Origin: Phapecoctavirus DIJ07P2
Reading direction: 5' to 3' (one strand)
DNA length: 64,000 nucleotides
Sequence record: OZ035771.1
A program made the translations under genes and the position numbers. The notes below the pieces were generated by a model. It was not told the origin of the DNA and searched no databases. It was given only the letters and a program-made list of their open reading frames with translations. This document shows positions 8,009-15,404 of the stretch, one piece after another. Within the stretch, counting starts at the first letter, position 1, and each line of letters begins with the position of its first letter.

Positions 8009-8215
8009 ATGATCACCGCAAAACAAGAAAAAATCATTATCGACGTTGCAGCCGTTGCCGCTATCGCTATTATTGGATCTTATTATGATACCCGTTTCCC
8101 GTCGGCTATGCATGAGGTCGCCGCCGTTGCATCAGTTGGCGTACTGTTTTACGTTGGTAAACGCTATTTATCACCAATGATTAACAAGCTGACACCGTGG
8201 AAAAATAAAGGTTGA
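8009..8215 (+). CDS. small membrane protein (68 aa)
   Basis: track ORF; hydrophobic stretches. Confidence 0.55.
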   Translation: MITAKQEKIIIDVAAVAAIAIIGSYYDTRFPSAMHEVAAVASVGVLFYVGKRYLSPMINKLTPWKNKG

Positions 8216-8266
8216 TCCTGTTTTACATTATGTTATAGTTATCGTGTAGGGCGGCAATGGTGCCGC
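8212..8266 (+). promoter_or_regulatory. early promoter / 5' hairpin cassette 16
   Basis: -35 TTGATC 8212, -10 TATAGT 8234, stem GGCGGC/GCCGC. Confidence 0.5.
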
Positions 8267-8286
8267 GCCCCTTTGAGGATGCAATC

Positions 8287-8571
8287 ATGAGTAAAGCTAA
8301 CACCGTGCTAATGTTTTCCCTGATTAATGATCTCGCTTACTTGTCCAACATGACGCAGGAGGGTAACACATTAACGGCAACATTCACCAATAAGCTTGAC
8401 CGAGTGATCATCGTCTCACTGAAAACAGTTAGTAAAGGCTTTTACTTGTTAGCTTATCATTGTATCACTGATACCGATGAGACAAGCCAGGACTATAGCG
8501 CCCCTTTCCCTGAATCAATGGCACGGGAGATCATCGCCGCCGTTGTAAATGATGGTTTGTTTACTGCATAA
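8287..8571 (+). CDS. hypothetical protein (94 aa)
   Basis: track ORF 8257..8571 trimmed to ATG 8287. Confidence 0.55.
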   Translation: MSKANTVLMFSLINDLAYLSNMTQEGNTLTATFTNKLDRVIIVSLKTVSKGFYLLAYHCITDTDETSQDYSAPFPESMAREIIAAVVNDGLFTA

Positions 8572-8589
8572 AATAATTTAGAAAAAGGC

Positions 8590-8646
8590 TTGCAATCATT
8601 TTGAGATAGTGTATATTTAATTCATAGGGCGGCGGGAATAGTTCCC
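8590..8646 (+). promoter_or_regulatory. early promoter / 5' hairpin cassette 17
   Basis: -35 TTGCAA 8590, -10 TATATT 8612, stem GGGAA/TTCCC. Confidence 0.45.
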
Positions 8647-8669
8647 AAAGCAAACGAGAGGATTACACG

Positions 8670-8789
8670 ATGAGCAAGTACACAGTAGAATACACGGTAG
8701 AGAATCCGGCAGTATCCGAAGGTAAAAAGATGACATTTACCATCAGTATAATCGCTTTCGTTGTCACTATCTTATCAATCATCTTATAA
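8670..8789 (+). CDS. hydrophobic micro-protein (39 aa)
   Basis: ATG 8670 after GAGAGG; C-terminal TM segment; below track cutoff. Confidence 0.45.
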   Translation: MSKYTVEYTVENPAVSEGKKMTFTISIIAFVVTILSIIL

Positions 8790-8799
8790 GGTGCACACC

Positions 8800-8961
8800 A
8801 TGAAAACAACAGATATTATCAAAGAGATCGCCCTTGCCGCTGGCGTTGAGATCGAGGAAGTGATCGCGCTCAATCTTACAGAAAACGATCTGCGCAACTA
8901 TGAAGCGGAAAGCGTGAAAGCAAGTGGCGCGGTCCTGGCATATAATCCGGCTAACAAATAG
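8800..8961 (+). CDS. hypothetical micro-protein (53 aa)
   Basis: track ORF 8761..8961 trimmed to ATG 8800. Confidence 0.45.
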   Translation: MKTTDIIKEIALAAGVEIEEVIALNLTENDLRNYEAESVKASGAVLAYNPANK

Positions 8962-8962
8962 T

Positions 8963-9017
8963 TTGACAAGCTGAATCAACCTGATAAGATGTATCACATA
9001 GGGGCGACAAGCGCCCC
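8963..9017 (+). promoter_or_regulatory. early promoter / 5' hairpin cassette 18
   Basis: -35 TTGACA 8963, -10 TAAGAT 8985, stem GGGGCG/CGCCCC. Confidence 0.6.
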
Positions 9018-9038
9018 GCCTAACAGAGAGATAGAATC

Positions 9039-9317
9039 ATGACCATCGCCAAATTATCCGCCGAAGAAATCGAACAAGTGCTAACTACTAACCTGGAACA
9101 ATGGAAACGTGAGGCAGATATACAATCAGCACAATGGCTTAACGAGAAGTTAACACCGGATGATCTGAGTAAGATTATAGATCCTCAATTCTACGAAGAT
9201 ATTCACGACACCGTTTTAAGCGTCGAGGATGTACTTGATAAGCATTATATTGCTACTGATTTGCAGGTTTACGGGCGTAAAAACTTTATTACTATTCACG
9301 ACATTTACAATAACTAA
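9039..9317 (+). CDS. hypothetical protein (92 aa)
   Basis: track ORF. Confidence 0.6.
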   Translation: MTIAKLSAEEIEQVLTTNLEQWKREADIQSAQWLNEKLTPDDLSKIIDPQFYEDIHDTVLSVEDVLDKHYIATDLQVYGRKNFITIHDIYNN

Positions 9318-9325
9318 GGGATAAC

Positions 9326-9454
9326 ATGAATCCGAAAGATATGCAAGCATGGAAAGGGTACGACGATCTAAGCGCCTTGCGCAATAAGTCAAGCCGTAAC
9401 CTTAGACGGTTAGAAGCAAAGAAAAAGAAAAAACAGTTTGACAAGTCCGCTTAA
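9326..9454 (+). CDS. basic micro-protein (42 aa)
   Basis: ATG 9326 after TAAGGGATAAC; end overlaps next promoter; below track cutoff. Confidence 0.4.
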   Translation: MNPKDMQAWKGYDDLSALRNKSSRNLRRLEAKKKKKQFDKSA

Positions 9455-9494
9455 TCTGGTAAAGTGTATCTCGTAGGGCGGCAATGATGCCGCT
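9438..9494 (+). promoter_or_regulatory. early promoter / 5' hairpin cassette 19
   Basis: -35 TTGACA 9438, -10 TAAAGT 9460, stem GGCGGC/GCCGC (loop AATGAT). Confidence 0.55.
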
Positions 9495-9514
9495 CACAAG
9501 AAGAGAGAAAAATC

Positions 9515-9799
9515 ATGAAGATCACAAAAAGCCTAACTAATTATGCAGCACGTCGCGGATTATGCTTAACCGTTGAAAACTCAGGGAAAGAAGACTTTTT
9601 GTGTTTTTGGGAGCTTGAAAATGATTGCGAGTGGATGTTTTCTTATTCTATCTGCGAAGATCAAAACGGTTGTTTGTTAACCTGGCGCGGTAATATCTAT
9701 TTACCGGAAGAAATTAAAGAAGAGTTACCAGGTACGATCATGACAGAGAGACAGCTTAAGGAAGTGATCAATTTTGTAGGGCAAAACATTAAAAAATAA
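9515..9799 (+). CDS. hypothetical protein (94 aa)
   Basis: track ORF. Confidence 0.6.
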   Translation: MKITKSLTNYAARRGLCLTVENSGKEDFLCFWELENDCEWMFSYSICEDQNGCLLTWRGNIYLPEEIKEELPGTIMTERQLKEVINFVGQNIKK

Positions 9800-9800
9800 T

Positions 9801-9862
9801 TTGACAGCACGCAAACAACGTAGTAAAGTTTACCACATAGGGCGGCGGAATGGTCCACCGCT
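9801..9862 (+). promoter_or_regulatory. early promoter / 5' hairpin cassette 20
   Basis: -35 TTGACA 9801; CACATAGGGCGG box; GC stem ~9841-9862. Confidence 0.55.
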
Positions 9863-9884
9863 CACAACAGAAGAGAAACAAATC

Positions 9885-10055
9885 ATGATCCCGACTATGT
9901 TTTATGTATCGCGCAAAGGTCACAATATTTTTTGGTCTGAAGATTTAAATGAAGCCATGACGTTTGCCCGTGATCGTGTTGCTATCGGTGGCGTTAACAT
10001 CACCGTAACCGATGAAAATGGCATTGAATACTATAACGGCGACGATGAAGAGTAA
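9885..10055 (+). CDS. hypothetical micro-protein (56 aa)
   Basis: track ORF 9801..10055 trimmed to ATG 9885. Confidence 0.5.
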   Translation: MIPTMFYVSRKGHNIFWSEDLNEAMTFARDRVAIGGVNITVTDENGIEYYNGDDEE

Positions 10056-10062
10056 TTAATAA

Positions 10063-10082
10063 GGCGGGGAATACTTCCCGCC
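10063..10082 (+). other. orphan GC hairpin of the cassette type, no promoter
   Basis: GGCGGGGAATACTTCCCGCC directly after a stop codon with no -35/-10 upstream. Confidence 0.5.
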
Positions 10083-10121
10083 ACGCAGTGAATTTTCCGT
10101 TTGGGAAGTAAAAAATAAATC

Positions 10122-10182
10122 TTGACGATAATTTGTTATCTGATAGAATGTATTTCGTAGGGCGGGGCAATAAGGCAAGCCC
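10122..10182 (+). promoter_or_regulatory. early promoter / 5' hairpin cassette 21
   Basis: -35 TTGACG 10122, -10 TAGAAT 10144, TCGTAGGGCGG box. Confidence 0.55.
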
Positions 10183-10199
10183 ACAAAGAGGAAAATAAA

Positions 10200-10568
10200 A
10201 TGAGCAAATCAGCAATTAAAGCACTTGAAAAAGCACAAGAAGTGATCGCAACGTCAACCACTGGCGCAAAGGTTAATCTCGTTTGTTATCTGACAGATGA
10301 AACTATCCGTAAAAATTGGCGTAATGCTGATTTACTGGCTTGCTTATTGATTAATAGTGTCGCTAATGCTTTCCAGTGTGAAACAGCCGAGAGCCTGGAG
10401 GAAAACTTGTTTGATAATATGGATCAAGCCATTGAAACCTATATACAATCAAACCTGGATAGCTGGAACAGTAAAACATGGCCCGACAATTTACGCGATA
10501 CAACTGATCAACTGATCCGCCTTGCCCTGATGGTTGAACGCGATAACGTTTACAACAGCACAAAGTAA
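10200..10568 (+). CDS. hypothetical protein (122 aa)
   Basis: track ORF. Confidence 0.6.
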   Translation: MSKSAIKALEKAQEVIATSTTGAKVNLVCYLTDETIRKNWRNADLLACLLINSVANAFQCETAESLEENLFDNMDQAIETYIQSNLDSWNSKTWPDNLRDTTDQLIRLALMVERDNVYNSTK

Positions 10569-10576
10569 GATTATAC

Positions 10577-10598
10577 AAGGGCGCACTAAGCGCCCTTT
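10577..10598 (+). terminator. terminator-like hairpin (conserved type, copy 2)
   Basis: AAGGGCGCACTAAGCGCCCTT; weak T-tract. Confidence 0.4.
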
Positions 10599-10632
10599 AA
10601 CGTAAAGAAATGTAAATAATGCGCTATCCCTA

Positions 10633-10668
10633 TTGACAGGGGATCGGCGTTATATTATATTTAACTTA
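10633..10668 (+). promoter_or_regulatory. sigma70-like promoter without hairpin
   Basis: TTGACA 10633, 17-nt spacer, TATATT. Confidence 0.45.
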
Positions 10669-10706
10669 CTGGCAGCAAACAACGAAACGAAACAAAGGAC
10701 AACATC

Positions 10707-11126
10707 ATGAACATTAAATCAAATAATCCAGCTTACTCCTTCGATAACGCTTTTTGTCACGGTAGCGCCGCCAAAGGCTTCGAAATCGATGGTAAATTGG
10801 TTATCGTGAACGTTGACGGGGAAGAGGTTGCAGTGTATCCGGTAAACGATGTTAAAAGCCGTTTACAATGCCGCATGGATGTTACCGCATATCAGCTTGA
10901 TCCGGTCCGTGTAGTTGCCCTGGTATTAGAGGAAGAGATCAAAGCAATGCATCACAGTAATAAGTTTATTGGTGACGCGCAGGATAATATGAACGTTTGC
11001 CGCCATAAAGTTAATGAAGCATTGAAAGAATGCGGTTTTAAGGATCTGATGATTAAACGTGATGAAAAATTCCGCTTTCGTAATGACCTGGCAAACCGGA
11101 TCTACTCAATCTATGAAGCTTTATAA
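10707..11126 (+). CDS. hypothetical protein (139 aa)
   Basis: track ORF. Confidence 0.6.
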   Translation: MNIKSNNPAYSFDNAFCHGSAAKGFEIDGKLVIVNVDGEEVAVYPVNDVKSRLQCRMDVTAYQLDPVRVVALVLEEEIKAMHHSNKFIGDAQDNMNVCRHKVNEALKECGFKDLMIKRDEKFRFRNDLANRIYSIYEAL

Positions 11127-11139
11127 TCGACAACAAAAC

Positions 11140-11169
11140 AAGGGGCGCACAAAGCGCCCTTTCTTTTTG
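11140..11169 (+). terminator. rho-independent terminator (conserved type, copy 3)
   Basis: AAGGGGCGCACAAAGCGCCCTT followed by TCTTTTTG. Confidence 0.6.
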
Positions 11170-11199
11170 CCCGAACAATGTTGATAGCTTTCGCCTATG

Positions 11200-11680
11200 A
11201 AAAACCGACACAGAACAAAACTGAATAAATCGCGGTATCGAGCTAATCAACCAGCAAACGAATAACCATACCTCCCAGGGTTACAGGCTGTTAGAGAGCC
11301 ATTTAGAGCGGTTAAAATCGATCAACAACCAACAACAAACCATCAAAAACACCCTTTTACCTCCTTTCTAGTGCAATGATAACCATTATCATCTACCCAT
11401 GATTATCTATGCAATATAAGCGCATAATTATAATGTTGATAATAGTTCGCAACAACTAACCAACAAACAACATAAAACAATAAGCAAACTAATCATAATC
11501 AAAGGAATAATAGCAAGATGATTGATAACGACAAACAATCGAACCATGATGAATACTAAGCAAGATAACGATAACACGACAAAACAACCAACTAACGAAC
11601 AATAACAAACGAAACCATTAAAATAATAACTATTAGCAAAATAGTGCCTGAATGAAATCATTACAAAACGAATCATTCAC
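11200..11680. repeat. A+C-rich, strand-asymmetric low-complexity tract
   Basis: plus strand dominated by CAA/ACA/AAC repeats with very few G; no credible ORF. Confidence 0.5.
11372..11390. promoter_or_regulatory. Fur-box-like 19-mer
   Basis: TGCAATGATAACCATTATC; 3' 15 nt match Fur consensus at 14/15. Confidence 0.35.
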
Positions 11681-11699
11681 AGAGTCATCATTAGCACGC

Positions 11700-12060
11700 T
11701 ATGCCGGACACATAGCGAGCTAATAATAAGCCAACTACACCCCAACAATCATAACCATCGGTGACGGTTATTTCTTGTTACTGCGTAGCTTGCAATAATT
11801 GCAAGCGTAATGACGCTTACACTTATTGCGCTGGCTTATTATTAGCATTATATGTAATTACCAAGATCATAACATTAGCGCAATAACAATAGTCATTGTA
11901 ATAATTACATGAGTTATCACTATCGTTCAGTGTGATCATCATTAGCACAGTGAATAATTGCACGTAGCAACATGAGCGAATAGCGACAGGTTGCATAGTG
12001 TGCACATAGTGTATAAACATACAAGAAAATAAAGGCTAATCTTTTGGGGGCGAATACTAT
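11700..12060. repeat. cluster of palindromes and inverted repeats
   Basis: GCTAATAATAAGCC (11718) / GGCTTATTATTAGC (11838); CTTGCAAT-A-ATTGCAAG; AGCGT-AATG-ACGCT; ACAAT-AGTC-ATTGT; ATAGTGT direct repeat. Confidence 0.5.
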
Positions 12061-12150
12061 CGCGTAGCGATATGTTGAGCACCTTCTCTTAAACGTAAAT
12101 AAAATCAGAAAATTCTTGATTTATTTTAGTTTTTATGTTAATAAACGTTT

Positions 12151-12169
12151 AAATAATAATCATTCTCAT
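12151..12169. promoter_or_regulatory. Fur-box-like 19-mer
   Basis: AAATAATAATCATTCTCAT, 14/19 to Fur consensus. Confidence 0.3.
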
Positions 12170-12328
12170 ATAAATAATAGTCTGCTTGTCATGAGCGGGA
12201 TTAGTTGACAATGTTCCGTCATATGATGAAGTTGCCAAGCCATTGATAAATAAGTGTTTGTGTGATTTATAATCAGGTGGCCCACCTTGTCGCTATGTTG
12301 GCATGAGCCTTGCATAAGTCATTGAATA

Positions 12329-12350
12329 CGAATGATAATTATTCTCATTC
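12329..12350. promoter_or_regulatory. Fur-box-like palindrome
   Basis: CGAATGATAATTATTCTCATTC, near-perfect palindrome, 14/19 to Fur consensus. Confidence 0.35.
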
Positions 12351-12690
12351 GCATGATATTTGGGAATTGTCGCTGCGTGGACCTGACGGCCCGAAAATTC
12401 GCGTTAAGCACTTCTTACGTATACGCCATGATTTTTGCCATATGATATTGATTCTATTAGATATTCTTGCCATTATTGCCATGAAACATGGTGTCCCGAA
12501 ATAATCTCTCCCCGTAGATATTTTGGGTTACTTTTTATACAAGAGTGGGGTGTCAAAAATAATCAGTATATATGGGATAATTGATAGGAATCCCCTATGA
12601 TAATTCGATTGTAATTCCCTAAGATTGATCGTATGATGTTGGTGATTGATGATTGCCATGAAAGATGGCTAACGATGAGAGGAGATTGTC

Positions 12691-13065
12691 ATGCAAGAGA
12701 GTAAAAATGTTCCGTTGAGTAGTGCAACATTGCTTCGCTTCTATAAAGCATGGATTGCCAACTATCCTGCAATGAATCGCACAACGAGTGGCTTATGTGG
12801 TTGTCTGGTAGATTATGTAAATGATTTTGTTGGTGAGACAACTAGAGAAGAAGATAGAAGATGGCGGGATAGTTTGTTGGACCGTTTGAAATATGAAATG
12901 AGGAAACAATTTACATGTGCAGGGCTGGACTATAATCTTCCGTTCAATGCAGATTGCATGGATTACCTTTCAGAGTGTATAAACTTGGCGTGTCATACCA
13001 ACACGTTACGTCTTCAGTGGGTGAAAGACAGAATTGAAGATGCAAATAATGCTTGCATTGAATAA
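12691..13065 (+). CDS. hypothetical protein, paralog family A
   Basis: motifs GLCGCL and LRLQWVKDRIEDA shared with 13796, 16543 and 17800 genes. Confidence 0.55.
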   Translation: MQESKNVPLSSATLLRFYKAWIANYPAMNRTTSGLCGCLVDYVNDFVGETTREEDRRWRDSLLDRLKYEMRKQFTCAGLDYNLPFNADCMDYLSECINLACHTNTLRLQWVKDRIEDANNACIE

Positions 13066-13114
13066 AGATGTTTGTATAATGGATGACATAACAGATAGCC
13101 AATGAGGAGATGAA

Positions 13115-13324
13115 ATGAAGAATTTGAAAACTGTCACAATGTTCTTGACTAATCCTACACGTGTGCAAGCACTGGCTAAAGCCAGCCGTGTAGCTGTAGA
13201 ATTCCAAAACTTTAAGCCGTCCGTTGTGACAGGCAGTGAAACGTGTGTTATCGATTTCATTAACGAATACTTCCGAGGGAATCCGGTTGGTCGTTACTTT
13301 ATTAAGGGTCTGAAGGATGCATAA
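13115..13324 (+). CDS. hypothetical protein (69 aa)
   Basis: track ORF; GAGGAG RBS. Confidence 0.5.
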   Translation: MKNLKTVTMFLTNPTRVQALAKASRVAVEFQNFKPSVVTGSETCVIDFINEYFRGNPVGRYFIKGLKDA

Positions 13325-13547
13325 CATGAAACGCATGAAAATTCGTATTGAGAATGATGGTGGTTATAAAGGATTGGCACATGCAAAATTTCCACTTGTG
13401 TTGGAAGCTACGGTGGAATACAGTGGGCTTGCTCATGTGCGATTCTCGAAGATGATGGAAGTGCAGGAATGGTTTTGGGACGAGATAGATGCACGAGAAG
13501 GAGAAGATTATGTTTTCTTTCCTCACGAATATAACATTGTCTATTAA
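13317..13547 (+). CDS. hypothetical protein (76 aa)
   Basis: track ORF, overlapping start/stop. Confidence 0.5.
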   Translation: MHNMKRMKIRIENDGGYKGLAHAKFPLVLEATVEYSGLAHVRFSKMMEVQEWFWDEIDAREGEDYVFFPHEYNIVY

Positions 13548-13550
13548 AGG

Positions 13551-13799
13551 TTGTGTGCAATGATCACACCACAACAGAATGAAGCAGCAATGGATCTTCT
13601 TGATAGTTTGTATTTCGATAATTGGTACTCTGAATGTGAATGGATGAATATGCAAACTCTGAAAGAGAAGACAAAAGCGTTGATTACAGTAGATCAATTT
13701 CTTGCAGAGACGGAAAGAATGAATTATGATATGGCATCTCGCGCACGACGCGTTTCCATTTTCAATAAAATGTTAGCATTATGGGGAGGTAGAAAATGA
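13551..13799 (+). CDS. hypothetical protein (82 aa)
   Basis: track ORF. Confidence 0.5.
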   Translation: MCAMITPQQNEAAMDLLDSLYFDNWYSECEWMNMQTLKEKTKALITVDQFLAETERMNYDMASRARRVSIFNKMLALWGGRK

Positions 13800-14023
13800 G
13801 ACAATTCACTATACTGGAAGCACATGTGCAATGTGTTGCAGATTATGTCAAAGAACATTCAAGTTTGTTGGATGTAACCTGTGCAGTGCAAAATGATGTA
13901 GGTATTGTCTGTGTGCAACATATCCTATCTGAAACTCGTTACGAAGTATTCCGTGCTACCTTGTTTGGATGTGATCGTGTGAACTGGGTAAAAGAACGTG
14001 TAGCAGAAGAAATAATTGGTTGA
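13796..14023 (+). CDS. hypothetical protein, paralog family A (short form)
   Basis: C-terminal CDRVNWVKERVAEE motif. Confidence 0.5.
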   Translation: MRQFTILEAHVQCVADYVKEHSSLLDVTCAVQNDVGIVCVQHILSETRYEVFRATLFGCDRVNWVKERVAEEIIG

Positions 14024-14077
14024 CAGAAGGATCTGTCTTTGTCATAATCATCTCATCGAAACAGAGAGGAGAAAATC

Positions 14078-14491
14078 ATGAAAAAGTTTATTTGCACCCG
14101 TTCCACTAACAGTGATATCCTTGTAGGTAAGGTTATCAAAGGAGAACTCTTCCATGCAAACGGTAAGAAATATATTCTGCTGAAAGATTCTTTCAACGGG
14201 GAATATCCGCGCTGCACTTTCTTCAATTACAACACTCCATTTGCTTTAGAAGGAGATGCTTGGGAATGGGCTGAACTCAATCCTTGTTGTGAGGAAGAAG
14301 AATCTATGTTCTTAGGTTTAAACGTTTACCGTGTAGATTACACCATGTGCGGAGCGGAACATTCTGTTCGCGTAGAAGCCGAATCCAAACTACAAGCACC
14401 TTTCAAGGCAGGATTGACTTTGGGTCATTGTTTGGCAAACATTGAAGATGTTGTGATCCAAAGAGTTGTTTTAGAGAAAGAGGCTATTTGA
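14078..14491 (+). CDS. hypothetical protein (137 aa)
   Basis: track ORF; GAGAGGAG RBS. Confidence 0.55.
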   Translation: MKKFICTRSTNSDILVGKVIKGELFHANGKKYILLKDSFNGEYPRCTFFNYNTPFALEGDAWEWAELNPCCEEEESMFLGLNVYRVDYTMCGAEHSVRVEAESKLQAPFKAGLTLGHCLANIEDVVIQRVVLEKEAI

Positions 14492-14545
14492 CAGAAGACG
14501 GTACAATATTTAAAATATAAAGATTAACCACAAAAGGAGAGAAAC

Positions 14546-14845
14546 ATGCAAGTTGAAGACCTGATCAAGATTCTGAATAAAGCCAAAGAGAAGGGTGCTA
14601 TCAAAGACTGGAAACGTGAAACAAGTGAAGATTTATCTCATTGTTGTCGAGAATTTTACATTGAAGGTATTGCTAACGATCATTATACTATTGAATGGTA
14701 TATTAACTTAATGACTCTTAAACACGGTTCATTTGAGGTTTGGTTTGATGACATTGATGTAAATGGTTTTCATCCTGGCTATAAAATCGCTATGCAGTTA
14801 TCTTATCGTAGAGAAGTTGTAGCACATTTGGGTTTACATAACTAA
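14546..14845 (+). CDS. hypothetical protein (99 aa)
   Basis: track ORF; AAAGGAGAG RBS. Confidence 0.55.
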   Translation: MQVEDLIKILNKAKEKGAIKDWKRETSEDLSHCCREFYIEGIANDHYTIEWYINLMTLKHGSFEVWFDDIDVNGFHPGYKIAMQLSYRREVVAHLGLHN

Positions 14846-14855
14846 GGAGAAAAGA

Positions 14856-15179
14856 ATGCAAGCAGTTGTTAACGAAGCTATTATGAACTTATCCTTCTTG
14901 TTAGCTGGTTTAGGAGGTGTTCTCATAGGTTTGGCTCTTATCTGGTGTATTCGTCGATTAATCGGGTACCGACAAAAAGGTGTTTCATGTTTTGTATCTT
15001 ACAATTTTACAACTGCTTACAGCAATGAGGTTGGATCTGGTAATGCTCAAGCATTTTTACCAACATATCCTCCTACGGTGGAGGATATTCGAAACTTGGA
15101 AGTAGAACTTATGGGACTAAGTGATAACTATACATCTCTCGTTATTCAAAATATTTTTCGACTAAAACAGGAGGCGTGA
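14856..15179 (+). CDS. membrane protein (107 aa)
   Basis: TM helix LSFLLAGLGGVLIGLALIWCI. Confidence 0.5.
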   Translation: MQAVVNEAIMNLSFLLAGLGGVLIGLALIWCIRRLIGYRQKGVSCFVSYNFTTAYSNEVGSGNAQAFLPTYPPTVEDIRNLEVELMGLSDNYTSLVIQNIFRLKQEA

Positions 15180-15392
15180 ATGAAGGCACATTACCCTCAT
15201 CCCTTTGATCCTAAAAACAAAGCCGTAATTCTTCGTCAGTGGCAACGGGTTTGTCGTACTAAATGTCCAATTAATAGCCAACACAATGTGGACAAGGATT
15301 ATCTTGGGACATTTGTTGAATACACTTACATAGACAAAAACAAGCGTAAACAACATGTCGAGGAATACTGCTTAAAAGTAGAATGGCTGTAA
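15180..15392 (+). CDS. hypothetical protein (70 aa)
   Basis: track ORF, ATGA overlap with previous gene. Confidence 0.45.
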   Translation: MKAHYPHPFDPKNKAVILRQWQRVCRTKCPINSQHNVDKDYLGTFVEYTYIDKNKRKQHVEEYCLKVEWL

Positions 15393-15404
15393 ATAATAAA
15401 TACC

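Noticed and set aside
2538-10182. Possible CRISPR array suggested by the regularly recurring GC-rich repeat
   Set aside because: Repeat units are 200-400 bp apart with variable spacing, include promoter -35/-10 elements and are each followed by an RBS and ORF; the repeats are hairpins with covarying stems rather than identical direct repeats, and no cas genes are present.
11428-11676. 82-aa minus-strand ORF (plus ORFs 11823-12020 and 12310-12504) in the second gene desert
   Set aside because: They lie in the strand-asymmetric tract and the palindrome / Fur-like region; the hydrophobic low-complexity translations are what that composition produces, and none has an RBS.
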